64,000 nt of DNA from Rhizomicrobium sp. (GCA_035549135.1 DASZRM010000093.1:9378-73377); one strand, 5' to 3'. Shown: positions 49,104 to 59,119, counted from the stretch's first letter. Made by a program: numbers and translations. The notes: a model not told the origin generated them from the sequence alone.

Positions 49104-49538
49104 ATGGCCGACCGCATAGACATCTTCACCGACGGCGCCTGTTCGGGGAATCCGGGGCCCGGCGGATGGGCCGCGATCCTGAGATGGGGCGCGCACGAAA
49201 AAGAAATTTCCGGCGGCGAGCCCCTGACGACGAATAATCGCATGGAGATGACTGCGGCGATCCGCGCGCTCAGGACGATCAAGCGGCCGTCCGCGATCGT
49301 CATCCACACCGATTCGCGATACCTGATGGACGGCGTGACGCAATGGATGAAGAAGTGGAAGGCGAACGGCTGGAAGACCGCCGACCGCAAGCGCGTCAAG
49401 AATGACGATCTTTGGCGCGAGCTGGAGGCCGCATCCGAGCCGCACCGTGTCGAATGGCGCTGGGTGAAGGGGCACTCCGACCATGTCGAGAACGCGCGCG
49501 CCGATGCGCTGGCCCGCGCCGCGATCGCGAGACTTTAG
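49104..49538 (+). CDS. rnhA: ribonuclease HI
   Basis: [20 protein letters not shown]...[15 protein letters not shown]...[26 protein letters not shown]...[10 protein letters not shown]...[20 protein letters not shown]. Confidence 0.93.
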   Translation: MADRIDIFTDGACSGNPGPGGWAAILRWGAHEKEISGGEPLTTNNRMEMTAAIRALRTIKRPSAIVIHTDSRYLMDGVTQWMKKWKANGWKTADRKRVKNDDLWRELEAASEPHRVEWRWVKGHSDHVENARADALARAAIARL

Positions 49539-49954
49539 CGGCTGGGAGCGCTGTCCCGCCCGGCGGTGAACCCTGGAATGTCCGCGGGGACGCCAACCCA
49601 GTCATGCCGGCTGCGTTCGAAAACCGAGCGCGCCGGCCTCGGGAAATGCGGATCCGCAAAGGCGCCGATCGCAATAGCGACTCGACCGGGATGGCCGGCG
49701 GCGCGCCAATAGACTGTCGAGCCGCAGTTTGGGCAGAAGTGAAAGCTGAGCTTTCGTCCATCGACCGAGCGCTCATAGACCTTCGACGGCCCAGAGAGGC
49801 GCACCTGGCCCTCTTGGTAATAGGCGCCGACCCCGAAAGGCGAGCCGGTGCGTCGCTGACACTCGAGGCAATGACAGAGCGAGATCACCGCAGGCTCGCC
49901 TTCGGCGGCGGCCTTGAGCGCGCCGCAACAGCATTGCGCCGCGCGGGCCGTCAT
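49535..49954 (-). CDS. GFA-family (glutathione-dependent formaldehyde-activating-like / CENP-V) zinc protein
   Basis: [31 protein letters not shown] ... [13 protein letters not shown]: characteristic GFA Cys pattern. Confidence 0.8.
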   Translation of the reverse strand: MTARAAQCCCGALKAAAEGEPAVISLCHCLECQRRTGSPFGVGAYYQEGQVRLSGPSKVYERSVDGRKLSFHFCPNCGSTVYWRAAGHPGRVAIAIGAFADPHFPRPARSVFERSRHDWVGVPADIPGFTAGRDSAPSR

Positions 49955-50433
49955 AGCTGCTTCAGGATATGCTCGGCGCTGGACACCGAGAACGCGCCGG
50001 GCTCCTCGACATTGAGCGCCTTGACCACGCCATCTTCCACGATCATCGAAAATCGCTGGACCCGCTTTCCCATGCCGAAGCGGGAAGCGTCCATCTCGAG
50101 CCCGAGCGCATGGGCGAACTCGCCATTGCCGTCAGCCAGCATCATCACTTTGTCGCCAGCGCCCTGCTGTTCGCCCCAAGCTCCCATCACGAACGCGTCA
50201 TTGACGGAAACGCAGGCGATGACGTCGACGCCCTTGCGCCGGATCGCGTCGGCGTTCTGAATGAACCCTGGAAGATGCTTGGCCGAACAGGTCGGCGTGA
50301 AGGCGCCCGGCAGGCCAAACACCACGACTTTCTTTCCTGCGAACAGCTCGTCGGTCTTTACGGGCTTGGGTCCGCCATCCTGCTTTTGCATGAGTGTCGC
50401 AGAGGGTACGCGATCGCCTACCTTGATTGTCAT
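49951..50433 (-). CDS. peroxiredoxin (Prx5-type)
   Basis: VVVFGLPGAFTPTCSAKHLPGF ... VIACVSVNDAFVMGAW ... RSKRFSM-like RVQRFSMIVEDGVV; 4-nt overlap with the GFA gene. Confidence 0.88.
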   Translation of the reverse strand: MTIKVGDRVPSATLMQKQDGGPKPVKTDELFAGKKVVVFGLPGAFTPTCSAKHLPGFIQNADAIRRKGVDVIACVSVNDAFVMGAWGEQQGAGDKVMMLADGNGEFAHALGLEMDASRFGMGKRVQRFSMIVEDGVVKALNVEEPGAFSVSSAEHILKQL

Positions 50434-50531
50434 GATGTCTCCACAATTCCTGAACCGGGCGCGGTTTTAGCGCACACCCCACGGCCCCGCAAAGGAATTG
50501 CGGCTCCGCCGCCGTGGCGTGCTAAGCTCAT

Positions 50532-51122
50532 TTGATGGACCTGGATCGGCCGGGCGAGGAATCCAAGGAAGGCTTTCTGCTGGGAAAGCTGCTGATCGCG
50601 CTGCCCGGAATGCCCGATCCGCGCTTCGAGAAAAGCGTGATCTTCATGTGCGCGCATTCCGAGCAGGGCGCGATGGGCCTGATCGTCAACAAGCCGTTCG
50701 AAGGGTTGAACTTTCGCGAACTGATCGAGCGCCTTGACCTGAAGGTGACCGACAGGACTCCCGACGCGCCCATCCTTTTCGGCGGCCCCGTCGGAACCGG
50801 CCAGGGGTTTGTCCTGCACACCTCCGACGCCACGAGCCAAGCCACGATGTCCGTCACCTCGGAAATTTCGTTGACCGCGACGATAGACATCTTGCGGGCG
50901 ATCGCTGAAGGACGCGGCCCCAAGAAGTCTCTCTTTGCGCTCGGCTATGCGGGCTGGGGGCCAGGCCAGATCGAAAGCGAGCTCAGCTCCAACGGCTGGA
51001 TACATTGCGATGCAAAGACCGCCATCCTCTTCGATCTCGACTTCGAGGAACGCTGGCGCGCGGCGCTCGGCACGCTCGGCGCCGACATTTCAGGTCTGTC
51101 CTCCGAGGCCGGCCGCGCCTGA
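50532..51122 (+). CDS. YqgE/AlgH-family protein (UPF0301)
   Basis: GKLLIALPGMPDPRFEKSVIFMCAHSEQGAMGLIVNKP ... LFGGPVGTGQGFVLH ... GYAGWGPGQIESEL..NGW. Confidence 0.85.
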   Translation: MMDLDRPGEESKEGFLLGKLLIALPGMPDPRFEKSVIFMCAHSEQGAMGLIVNKPFEGLNFRELIERLDLKVTDRTPDAPILFGGPVGTGQGFVLHTSDATSQATMSVTSEISLTATIDILRAIAEGRGPKKSLFALGYAGWGPGQIESELSSNGWIHCDAKTAILFDLDFEERWRAALGTLGADISGLSSEAGRA

Positions 51123-53936
51123 AGCGTTTTTGGCGGACTGCTTGAGACCGTAGCGCCTCGCGACGTAGTTCAAGGCGTCCGCGAGCGAAAGCGGCGGCGA
51201 GAAATAAAATCCCTGCGCGAATTCGCAGCCAATGTCCCGCACGCGGCGCGCGTCATCCGCCGTCTCGACTCCCTCGGCCACGACGTCGCGTTTCAGCTCG
51301 TGGGCGAGCGCGACGATCGAGCGCAGAACGACAGCGCCCTCTCCGGACACGGCCTCGGGACGCGAAATGAAGCTTTGATCGATCTTGACGGTGTCGAAGG
51401 GAATGTCCTTGAGACGACTGAGGCTAGACTGGCCGACGCCGAAATCGTCGATCGCGAGCCCCGCGCCGATCTCGCGAACGCGGTGGAGCGCGTCTTGCGC
51501 GTCGGCGTCGATCGCGCTCTCGGTCACCTCGAGCTTGAGCGTGCCGGAGAGCACGCCGCTGCCGTCGAGCGCCTGCTTGAGCAGCCGCTCGAACGCCGGA
51601 TCGCGTAACTGGCGGCGCGAGATGTTGACGCTGACGAAGAGCGGCGGATCGACCGGAAAGAAGCGCTGCCACTGGGCCAGGTCGCGCGCCGCGCGCTCCA
51701 GCGTGAAGCGGCCGAGCTCGACGATGAAGCCGGTCTCCTCGCTATGGGCGATGAAATCCTTTGGCGCGATGAGACCCCTTGTGGGATGGCGCCAGCGCGC
51801 CAGCGCCTCGAAGCCGGCGACCGCCTCGCTAGCGAGGCGCACGATCGGCTGGTAGTACAGTTCTATCTCGTCGCGCTCGAGCGCGGCGCGAAGCTCAGCC
51901 TCGAGAGCGACTGGGTCCACCGGCTTTTCGCCGTTCATCGACGGCTCGAAGACGCGCGCGCAGCCGCCGCCGTCGCGCTTGGCCCTCATGAGCGCCAGCT
52001 CCGCGTTTTTCGCCAGCGCCTCGCCGCCTTCGGCTTGCCTGCCCTCGGCAACGCCAATGCTCGCAGGCGCAAAGACGCTGCGTCCGCCCTGCGCATAGGC
52101 GCCCGCGCAGGTCTCGGCGATCTGCGCGCCGATTGCCGCCGCATTTGCCTTAGGCTGCGAAAAAAGCAGGGCGAAGGCGTCGCCGCCAAAGCGATAGACC
52201 TCCGCGTCGGCCCCGAACCGGTCCTTAAGTCGTTCGGATGCGCGCGCCAGAACCGCATCGGCGCCTTCGTCCCCTAGACTTGCATGAATGGCCTTGAAGC
52301 GATCGATGTCGAGCAGCGCCAGAACCGCGGCGCGCAGCCCGGCGCCCATCGCCTTGAGCCGGGCCAAAAGCGCGGCGCGATTGGGCAGCCCGGTGAGCGC
52401 GTCGTTCTGCGCGCTATCTGCGGCAGGCTCGGATTCCTTGCGGGCGGTGATGTCGGCGATAAGGCCGAGGCAGCGGCTTGCGCACGCCCCGTCGCCCATC
52501 ATGGTGGCGCGCAGTTCGAACCAGGGATAGCGCCCGCTCTGGCTTCTGGCGCGGAACTCGATGCGGAAGGCCAATCCGCTCTGCGAACGGAAATTGGACA
52601 GCGCCTCTTCGTAGACCGGCCGGTCTTCGTCGTGGATGCGGGCGAGCCAGGCCCCGTGCGGCATCCGGCCTTCCGCCTCGCCGAGGCCCAGCAGCGCCGC
52701 GGCCTCCCGCGACAGAACGACCACGTCATCGCCGAATTCAAGGTCGAAGATTCCCTGATGCGAGGCCCCGATGGCGGTCAGCGCCATGGGATGAGCGTCA
52801 TGATGCGAGTGCCTTCGCGCGCCGGGAAGAATCGCAAAACCTTCTCCGGCCGCGATCGCCAACGCCAGCAGCACGGCGCCGGCGGCGGCGAATCCGCCCC
52901 CGATGTCCGGCGCAAGCGTCGTCTCGCCGAGGAGCCCCAATGTCGAAAGCGTTCCGGCCAGCGTCACCAGCGCGAAGACCGTGGCGCTCGGCGCCAGCAT
53001 GCGCGCCGCTCGCACGCCCCGTCCGCCGCAATGCACAAGATAGGCCGCGAGCGCGCCAGAGCCCAGCACGACGCAGAGATATGTAAGATCTGTCGCAGCC
53101 GGGGCGCCGAGATAGGCGAGCGCGGAGATAACCGCCAGGCCGAGCACACCGAGATGGAACGGACGTCCGGCTCTCGGCCACAGTCCCGTCACTGGCGCCG
53201 CGGCGTTAGCGAGGCGTGCGCCAGCAGCGAGCGCCAATCCGGCAAAGGCGGCGGTAAGACCGTATGGACCGCCGACACGCGTCGCGAGACTGGCGTCGAA
53301 CATGCCAGTCGCTGCAAGTCGCGACAGAAGAACCAAGCCGAGCGCGGTCGCCGCCCAGAGCGGAGCGCGGTGGCCCGACATCACGGCGAGGCCCGCGGCG
53401 ATCGCAGCGGCGGCGAAGATGAGTCCAGCCACAGCGGCGATGAAGATGCCAAGCTGGCGGTTGTGCGCGGCAAGCGCGGGCTCGGTCCAGGCCAGAAGCG
53501 ATGGGGGGGAGCCGGCATTGGCGATTTCGACGGCGATCGGCGCGCTGGTCTCGGGCGGAACCGTCACCAGATAGGCGCGACCGCCGAAAGCCTTGGCCTT
53601 TTCCACGATCACGCCCGGATCGGCGCTTGCGACCGCAACGATCGCCGGACGCGTCGGCCGCGGCAGGATGCGCAGCGCCTCTGCCGCCGGTTGCCCGGCA
53701 TGCAGCACGCGCGTCGCCGGACGCTTCGAGCCGTTGACGGCGGTGAAGGTGTACCACTCTGCAGAGCGCGGCTGCGCCGCTTTGGGCAGGCTATAGGGAC
53801 CGAGCGCGTCACCGAGCTCCATGACGGCCTCGGAACCGGCGAAATCGATCTTGTGCGCATCCTTCTGGGGCGCGGCCGCGGCCAAGCCCGCGAGCGCCAT
53901 CGCGGCGAGCGCCGCGGCGAAGGCCAGTCGTATCAT
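51090..53936 (-). CDS. 7TM-sensor (7TMR-DISM-like) PAS-GGDEF-EAL signalling protein; GGDEF motif degenerate, EAL intact
   Basis: Signal peptide, periplasmic domain, about 7 TMs, PAS-like region. GGDEF domain with LTGLPNR but active site RFGGDAF. EAL domain with YYQPIV, GFEALARW, VNIS, EVTE, DDFGVG, KIDQSF, EGVET, QGFYFS. Confidence 0.85.
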   Translation of the reverse strand: MIRLAFAAALAAMALAGLAAAAPQKDAHKIDFAGSEAVMELGDALGPYSLPKAAQPRSAEWYTFTAVNGSKRPATRVLHAGQPAAEALRILPRPTRPAIVAVASADPGVIVEKAKAFGGRAYLVTVPPETSAPIAVEIANAGSPPSLLAWTEPALAAHNRQLGIFIAAVAGLIFAAAAIAAGLAVMSGHRAPLWAATALGLVLLSRLAATGMFDASLATRVGGPYGLTAAFAGLALAAGARLANAAAPVTGLWPRAGRPFHLGVLGLAVISALAYLGAPAATDLTYLCVVLGSGALAAYLVHCGGRGVRAARMLAPSATVFALVTLAGTLSTLGLLGETTLAPDIGGGFAAAGAVLLALAIAAGEGFAILPGARRHSHHDAHPMALTAIGASHQGIFDLEFGDDVVVLSREAAALLGLGEAEGRMPHGAWLARIHDEDRPVYEEALSNFRSQSGLAFRIEFRARSQSGRYPWFELRATMMGDGACASRCLGLIADITARKESEPAADSAQNDALTGLPNRAALLARLKAMGAGLRAAVLALLDIDRFKAIHASLGDEGADAVLARASERLKDRFGADAEVYRFGGDAFALLFSQPKANAAAIGAQIAETCAGAYAQGGRSVFAPASIGVAEGRQAEGGEALAKNAELALMRAKRDGGGCARVFEPSMNGEKPVDPVALEAELRAALERDEIELYYQPIVRLASEAVAGFEALARWRHPTRGLIAPKDFIAHSEETGFIVELGRFTLERAARDLAQWQRFFPVDPPLFVSVNISRRQLRDPAFERLLKQALDGSGVLSGTLKLEVTESAIDADAQDALHRVREIGAGLAIDDFGVGQSSLSRLKDIPFDTVKIDQSFISRPEAVSGEGAVVLRSIVALAHELKRDVVAEGVETADDARRVRDIGCEFAQGFYFSPPLSLADALNYVARRYGLKQSAKNASGAAGLGGQT

Positions 53937-53969
53937 CGCGCCCAGTCCGAAATGCCCAAGATCAACGCG

Positions 53970-54578
53970 CTAACCTACAGGCGCATCATCCGCGAGCAAA
54001 GCAAATAGGGCGTGGTCGCGCCATTGACCGTTAATCTGCAGATAGCCACGCGCCAGCCCTTCTTCGCGGAACCCCACCTTGGCGAGCAGACTCTTGGACG
54101 GCTCGTTGGTTGGAAGGCAGGCCGCCTCGATGCGGTGAAGGCCCAGGGTAGAGAACACGAACGGCACCAGCGCCTTCACCGCGTCGAACATATACCCCTT
54201 CCGCGAGAACCGTTCGCCAATCCAGTAGCCGAGCGCGCAGCACTGCGTGACGCCGCGCCGCACATTGGAGAGCGTACAGCCGCCCATCAACGCGTCGTCT
54301 TCCCTGCGGAAGACGAAGAAGGCGTAAGCGGAATCGAGACGCGATTCCTTCTGATAGCGTTTAATGCGGCGGCGAAACGCGCCCTTGCTGAGCTCATCGC
54401 TCGCCCAGGCCGGCTCCCACGGCGCCAGGAAGGCCCGGCTGTCGCTGCGCAGCGCCGCCCAGCCGGGGTAGTCGGACATGCGCGGATAGCGCAAATAGAC
54501 TCCATCGCCCCGGATGACCGGCTGCTGGCCGCCCGGGAACGTCAGACCGCGCATGAAGGCCATTGGACCGCTGTTCAT
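53970..54578 (-). CDS. GNAT-family N-acetyltransferase (RimJ/RimL-like)
   Basis: 202 aa, LRYPRMSDYPGWAALRSDSRAFLAPWEP ... LGYWIGERFSRKGYMFDAVKALVPFVFSTLGLHRIEAACLPTNEPSKSLLAKVGFREEG; start overlaps the M16 gene stop (ATGA). Confidence 0.8.
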   Translation of the reverse strand: MNSGPMAFMRGLTFPGGQQPVIRGDGVYLRYPRMSDYPGWAALRSDSRAFLAPWEPAWASDELSKGAFRRRIKRYQKESRLDSAYAFFVFRREDDALMGGCTLSNVRRGVTQCCALGYWIGERFSRKGYMFDAVKALVPFVFSTLGLHRIEAACLPTNEPSKSLLAKVGFREEGLARGYLQINGQWRDHALFALLADDAPVG

Positions 54579-55861
54579 TCCGCCGCGCGCATCGCCGCCG
54601 CTCCGCCGAACCGCGCGGCGAAGCGCTCGTATGTCTCAATCCTGCCCACAGGACCCAGCGCGGCGAGCGCGGGAGCGGCGCAGGCCATGAGCTTCTCGCC
54701 GAAGCGGCGCACCGCCGCCGCATCGACCTCGTCGAGCTTTGCGGTCATCTCCTCGATGCTGAGAACCCGGCCATAGGAGAACATCTGTCCGGCTATCTGT
54801 TCGGCGCGAGACATCGGCCGTTCGAGACCCATCAGGAGCGCGGATCTGAGCTGCGCCTTGGCCCGCGCCACTTCCGCTTCGGTGGCCCCGAGGGCGAGCG
54901 CAGCCATTTCGCCGGCCACGACCGGCGCGATCTCGCCCGCCTCAGCCTCGCCCGAACCGGCATAGACACCGATCACGCCGCTGTCGTTGGCGCTCTGCTG
55001 AAAGGCGTAGATCGAATAGCAAAGGCCGCGCTTCTCGCGCGCTTCCTGAAACAGCCTGGATGACATGCCGCCGCCGAGCGCCGTCGTATAGACCTGGGCT
55101 ACGTAGACGTCGGGATCGGTCTGCGAAACGCCAGGGAACGCGAATGCGATATGCGCCTGCTCCAGCGAGTCGCCCCGGCGCAGGTCGCCGCCCCGCCAAC
55201 GCGCCGAAGCCGGCTTAGGCGCCTGACCCGGCGTGAGCTCCGCAAACGATTCTTGCGCGAGCGCGACAACGCCCGCATGGGTGACTGCGCCAGAGGCTAC
55301 CAATGTCATGCCGCCGGCGAGGTAGTTCGCGCGCATATGGGCGCGCAGGTGGTCGCGCGTCAGCGCCGAGACCGTCTCGTCCTCGCCCAGAATCGGCCAG
55401 CCGATGGGCTGATTGGGGTAAATCGTAGCCTGGAGGTGGTCGAAGATGATGTCATCTGGCGTGTCGCGCGCCTGCCCGATCTCCTGAAGCACGACCTGGC
55501 GTTCGCGCTCGAGTTCGGATTCATCGAAGGTCGGACGGATGAGGATGTCGGACAGAATGTCGAGCGCGAGCGGCGCGTCGGACTTGAGCACGCGCGCATG
55601 GAAGGCTGTCTGCTCGCGGCTGGTATAGGCGTTGAGGAATCCGCCGACTGCTTCGATCTCCTCGGCGATCGCGCGCGCCGAACGTCGCTCGGTGCCTTTG
55701 AAGGCCATGTGCTCGAGCATGTGGGACACGCCCATCAAAGGCCGTGTCTCGTTGCGGCCGCCGCAGTTTACCCACACCCCGAGCGCCGCGCTTTCGAGCT
55801 GCGGCATAGGGTCGGTGACAATCGTCAACCCATTGGAAAGACAAGTAATTTCGACATTCAT
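54575..55861 (-). CDS. M16-family (pitrilysin/insulinase-like) zinc peptidase
   Basis: MNVEITCLSNGLTIVTD...GVSHMLEHMAFKGT (HxxEH zinc motif) ...AEEIEAVGGFLNAYTSREQT. Confidence 0.88.
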   Translation of the reverse strand: MNVEITCLSNGLTIVTDPMPQLESAALGVWVNCGGRNETRPLMGVSHMLEHMAFKGTERRSARAIAEEIEAVGGFLNAYTSREQTAFHARVLKSDAPLALDILSDILIRPTFDESELERERQVVLQEIGQARDTPDDIIFDHLQATIYPNQPIGWPILGEDETVSALTRDHLRAHMRANYLAGGMTLVASGAVTHAGVVALAQESFAELTPGQAPKPASARWRGGDLRRGDSLEQAHIAFAFPGVSQTDPDVYVAQVYTTALGGGMSSRLFQEAREKRGLCYSIYAFQQSANDSGVIGVYAGSGEAEAGEIAPVVAGEMAALALGATEAEVARAKAQLRSALLMGLERPMSRAEQIAGQMFSYGRVLSIEEMTAKLDEVDAAAVRRFGEKLMACAAPALAALGPVGRIETYERFAARFGGAAAMRAAE

Positions 55862-56016
55862 GGAGAGGGCACTCTAGCCGCGATGAAAGGCCGAACCAAG
55901 GCCCCGGACCGGCTAGAGCGGGCATTTTTTTCGACCCGTCAAGCGGGCTTCTAAGCTGCGGGCGGATCGGGGAAATTTCGGCCGGTCCGAAGTTCCCGGG
56001 GGGCGCCCCCCTTCGC

Positions 56017-56736
56017 TCATCGGACAAGCCCGAGCCGGCCGAGGGAGACGTGATAGGCCAAGTATACCCCCAAAAGGACGGCCGCCAGCCCAAACCAGGT
56101 AATCGCATATTGCAGGTGCTCGTTGCGGAAACGGACTACGGTCTGGCCGCCCTTCGGCCATCCGCCCCGATTGGGCGATGCATCGGCCTCGACCACCACC
56201 GGCGCTGCGAGCGCAACGCCGTCCGCCTTCGCAATAGCGCCGAGGTCGTGCGCGTACCAGATGCGGCGGGCGAGATCGGCAGAGGGCGTAAAGGCTCCCG
56301 GCTTCTCGGGCGTTCGCCATACGCCGACGACGCGGGTGGGCCCAACGATCTGGCCTTCCCTGCGGGTTGCCGGATCGAGCTTCTCTTTCGGAACGACCCC
56401 GCGGTCGACGAGAAACCAGCCCGCGCGATCGTCGAGAAACGGAACCGCGACGTGATAGACGGCTCGCCCGTGCGCGTCGGTCCCGAAGATGTAGGCCTCC
56501 TTCGCATTGTCGAAGCGGCCTTCGAGCGCGACACGGCGATATTCGGCGCGTGGCCCCATCGCGAGCGCCCCGGCAGCCGTGACGGGCGGCGCGGCCATGT
56601 TGCGAGTGACCTCGGCAATGAGCGCGAGCTTCCATTGAAGCCGGTCGAGCTGCCAGACGCCGAGCGAGACAAGACAGGCGAAGGCGACCGCAGTGGCGAC
56701 GGTGAGCTTCCAGAGCGGCCGAAACAGGAACGCCAT
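56017..56736 (-). CDS. SURF1-family cytochrome oxidase biogenesis protein
   Basis: TAVAFACLVSLGVWQLDRLQWKLALI ... two-TM topology, C-terminal NEHLQYAITWFGLAAVLL, directly downstream of the cta cluster. Confidence 0.85.
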   Translation of the reverse strand: MAFLFRPLWKLTVATAVAFACLVSLGVWQLDRLQWKLALIAEVTRNMAAPPVTAAGALAMGPRAEYRRVALEGRFDNAKEAYIFGTDAHGRAVYHVAVPFLDDRAGWFLVDRGVVPKEKLDPATRREGQIVGPTRVVGVWRTPEKPGAFTPSADLARRIWYAHDLGAIAKADGVALAAPVVVEADASPNRGGWPKGGQTVVRFRNEHLQYAITWFGLAAVLLGVYLAYHVSLGRLGLVR

Positions 56737-56742
56737 GCGGGG

Positions 56743-57108
56743 TCAGCCTTCCAGCCGTCCCTCTCCGGCCTTGTGCTTGTATTGCAGCACGAGCAGAAGC
56801 GATTTCACGAAACGCAACGTCGCGAAAGACAGGATCAGGATCAACGGAATCCAGAGCGCCGCATGCACCCAATAGGGCGGCTGATATCTCACTTCCACGA
56901 ACAGCGCCGAACCGGCGACGACCGCTCCTACAATGAGAATCGCGAACACTGCGGGACCATCGCCCGGATCGAACATCGAATAGTCGAGTCCGCAGGCGTC
57001 GCAGCGCGCAGCCACGTTGAGATAGCCGCGAAACAGCCGGCCTCGGCCGCAGCGCGGGCAGCGCCCGAGCAGCGCCGCTCTTGCCGTCGAGGACGCTCCG
57101 CCGCTCAA
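56743..57108 (-). CDS. DUF983-family membrane protein (zinc-ribbon + 2 TM)
   Basis: Only the last 121 codons of the 407-aa track ORF look real: [52 protein letters not shown]... No in-frame ATG; TTG at 57108 overlaps the ctaE stop (TTGA). Confidence 0.7.
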   Translation of the reverse strand: MSGGASSTARAALLGRCPRCGRGRLFRGYLNVAARCDACGLDYSMFDPGDGPAVFAILIVGAVVAGSALFVEVRYQPPYWVHAALWIPLILILSFATLRFVKSLLLVLQYKHKAGEGRLEG

Positions 57109-58025
57109 CCGGTTACGGCCGATGCGCCCCACACATAGATCCAGGTGAACAGGAACAGCCAGACCACGTCGACGAAGTGCCAATACCAGGCGGCGGCCTC
57201 GAAGCCGAAATGTCGTGTGGGCGTGAACTGTCCTGCGATCGCCCGTCCAAGGCACACGATCAGGAAGATGGTTCCCACGATCACATGAAAGCCGTGGAAA
57301 CCGGTCGCCATGAAGAACGTCGAGCCGTAGATGGCGCCAAGATTGCCGACGCCCGAGGCGAGGCTGGCGTGCGCCGGATCGGTGAATGGCGCGAGCGCAG
57401 CCCCGTTGAAACCAAAGGTGAAGGGCGCGTGGCTGTACTCCCAGGCCTGGATGCCAGTGAAGGACAAACCGAGCGCTACGGTCAGCAGAAGGCCCTGGAT
57501 CGCGCCCTTGCGGTCGCCATGCTGGAGCGCGTGATGCGCCCAGGTCACCGTAGTGGCCGACGTCAGTAGGATGAGCGTATTGAGCAGCGGGAAATGCCAG
57601 GGATCTAGCGTGGTGATCCCCTGCGGCGGCCACTGACCGATGGAAACGTCGTGCGGGAAGAACGCCGAATTGAAATAGGCCCAGAACCAAGCGACGAAAA
57701 ACATCACCTCCGAGGCGATGAACAGCACCATTCCGAAGCGCAGGCCAAGCTTGACGACGGGCGTGTGATCGTGGCGCACCACAGATTCCTGGATCACGTC
57801 GCGCCACCACCCGACAAAGGTGAAGGCGAGCAGCGCCACGCCGACGAAGAAGATATAAGGCTGGCCGTTCACGGGAAGCCCGAAGAAGCCCTGGTAGTCC
57901 TTGTTCATCCAGAACACGGCGCCGGCCAGCATCGTGAAGGCCGCGATCGAGCCGACGATCGGCCACGGACTCGGATCGACAAGATGATAGTCGTGGTGGA
58001 CTTCGCTATGCGCCATCTGCTTCAC
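57105..58025 (-). CDS. ctaE: cytochrome c oxidase subunit III
   Basis: [16 protein letters not shown]...; 7-TM pattern; [13 protein letters not shown] near the C-terminus. Confidence 0.93.
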   Translation of the reverse strand: MKQMAHSEVHHDYHLVDPSPWPIVGSIAAFTMLAGAVFWMNKDYQGFFGLPVNGQPYIFFVGVALLAFTFVGWWRDVIQESVVRHDHTPVVKLGLRFGMVLFIASEVMFFVAWFWAYFNSAFFPHDVSIGQWPPQGITTLDPWHFPLLNTLILLTSATTVTWAHHALQHGDRKGAIQGLLLTVALGLSFTGIQAWEYSHAPFTFGFNGAALAPFTDPAHASLASGVGNLGAIYGSTFFMATGFHGFHVIVGTIFLIVCLGRAIAGQFTPTRHFGFEAAAWYWHFVDVVWLFLFTWIYVWGASAVTG

Positions 58026-58053
58026 GCCCCTTAAATTCGTCGCCTTTCGCGGT

Positions 58054-58185
58054 TCACGGCAGGATATGCCCGCCCCATTTCACGATCGACATCAAGAACA
58101 CCAACAGCACGAGCGCGCCAAGCACCAGCGCCAGAGCGATGCTGCGCCTGCGTCTTTCGAGTTCCGCGCGGCTTTGCTCATCCAT
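58054..58185 (-). CDS. 43-aa single-TM protein between ctaB and ctaE (below ORF-track length cutoff)
   Basis: Hand-read: ATG 58185, [43 protein letters not shown], stop TGA at 58056-58054. GAGG overlaps the ctaB stop 2-3 nt upstream. Small membrane ORFs at this position occur in other cta/cox operons. Confidence 0.5.
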   Translation of the reverse strand: MDEQSRAELERRRRSIALALVLGALVLLVFLMSIVKWGGHILP

Positions 58186-58189
58186 CGCC

Positions 58190-59113
58190 TCAGATCCAGC
58201 CGCCCAAGGGGGCGACATGCGCAAGCCGCTCGAACAGCAGCGCAGCGAAGAGGGCGAAAAGATAAAGCAGCGAGACGCCGAACAGCCGGCGCGCCGCAGG
58301 CTCGCGCGATTCGTCGCGCTCGCGCAGAACCGCTGCGGCCTGCCACACGAACCATGCCCCCAGCGCCGTGGCGCAGGCCAGATAGATCGGACCGCCGAGG
58401 CCGATGAAGGCCGGCGTCAGGCCGAGCGGAGCGAGGATCAGGCTGTAGGCGAAGATGTTCCACCGCGTGGCCCTCTTGCCGCTAACCACAGGCAGCATCG
58501 GAACGCCGGCGCGCGCATAATCGTCCGAGCGGAACAGCGCCAGCGCCCAGAAATGCGGCGGCGTCCACAGAAAGACGATTGCCACCAGGACCGTCGGCGC
58601 GAGAGAAAGAGAGCCGGTCGTCGCCGCCCAGCCGATCGCCGGCGGGAGGGCGCCGGCGAGTCCGCCTATGACGATGTTCTGCGGCGTACGCCGCTTCAGC
58701 CACAGCGTATAGACGCAGACATAGAAGAAGATTGTGAAGGCGAGCAGCGCCGCGGCGAGTTCGCCGACGAAGAGCCACATCAGAGCCACCGATCCGGCGG
58801 CGAGCGCATAGCCGAACCCCAGCGCCTCTTCCCGGGAGAGGCGCCCCATCGGGATCGGACGCCCGGCGGTGCGCGCCATCAGCGCGTCGATGTCGCTGTC
58901 ATAGGCCATGTTGAGCGCGCCGGAGGCGCCCGCTCCCACTGCGATGCAGAGCAGCGCCGTGAACGCCGTCAGAGGGTGCATAGCGCCCGGCGCGACCACG
59001 ATCCCGACCAGCGCGGTGAAAATTACGAGCGACATCACGCGCGGCTTGAGCAGCGCGAAGAAATCGCCGACCGTGGCCGTGGATCGAACGGAAAGTGCGG
59101 CGGCGCTCGCCAT
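58190..59113 (-). CDS. ctaB: heme o synthase (protoheme IX farnesyltransferase)
   Basis: [20 protein letters not shown]...[21 protein letters not shown]...[15 protein letters not shown]...[11 protein letters not shown]. Confidence 0.92.
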   Translation of the reverse strand: MASAAALSVRSTATVGDFFALLKPRVMSLVIFTALVGIVVAPGAMHPLTAFTALLCIAVGAGASGALNMAYDSDIDALMARTAGRPIPMGRLSREEALGFGYALAAGSVALMWLFVGELAAALLAFTIFFYVCVYTLWLKRRTPQNIVIGGLAGALPPAIGWAATTGSLSLAPTVLVAIVFLWTPPHFWALALFRSDDYARAGVPMLPVVSGKRATRWNIFAYSLILAPLGLTPAFIGLGGPIYLACATALGAWFVWQAAAVLRERDESREPAARRLFGVSLLYLFALFAALLFERLAHVAPLGGWI

Positions 59114-59119
59114 GCGGCC

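Noticed and set aside
47919-49484. N-terminal about 520 codons of the 697-aa minus-strand ORF
   Set aside because: This part is antisense to ispH and rnhA (both clear) and reads as Arg/Gly/Asp-rich junk. Only the last 175 codons, starting with a lipoprotein signal peptide at ATG 47918, look like a real gene.
52284-54008. 574-aa ORF on the plus strand
   Set aside because: Antisense to the GGDEF-EAL sensor gene, which has clear TM, GGDEF and EAL signatures. The product is extremely Arg/Gly-rich (RRxRR runs) and implausible as a protein.
57109-57966. N-terminal about 285 codons of the 407-aa minus-strand ORF
   Set aside because: Same strand as ctaE but a different frame. ctaE is unambiguous across this interval. 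Only the DUF983 part downstream of the ctaE stop is credible.
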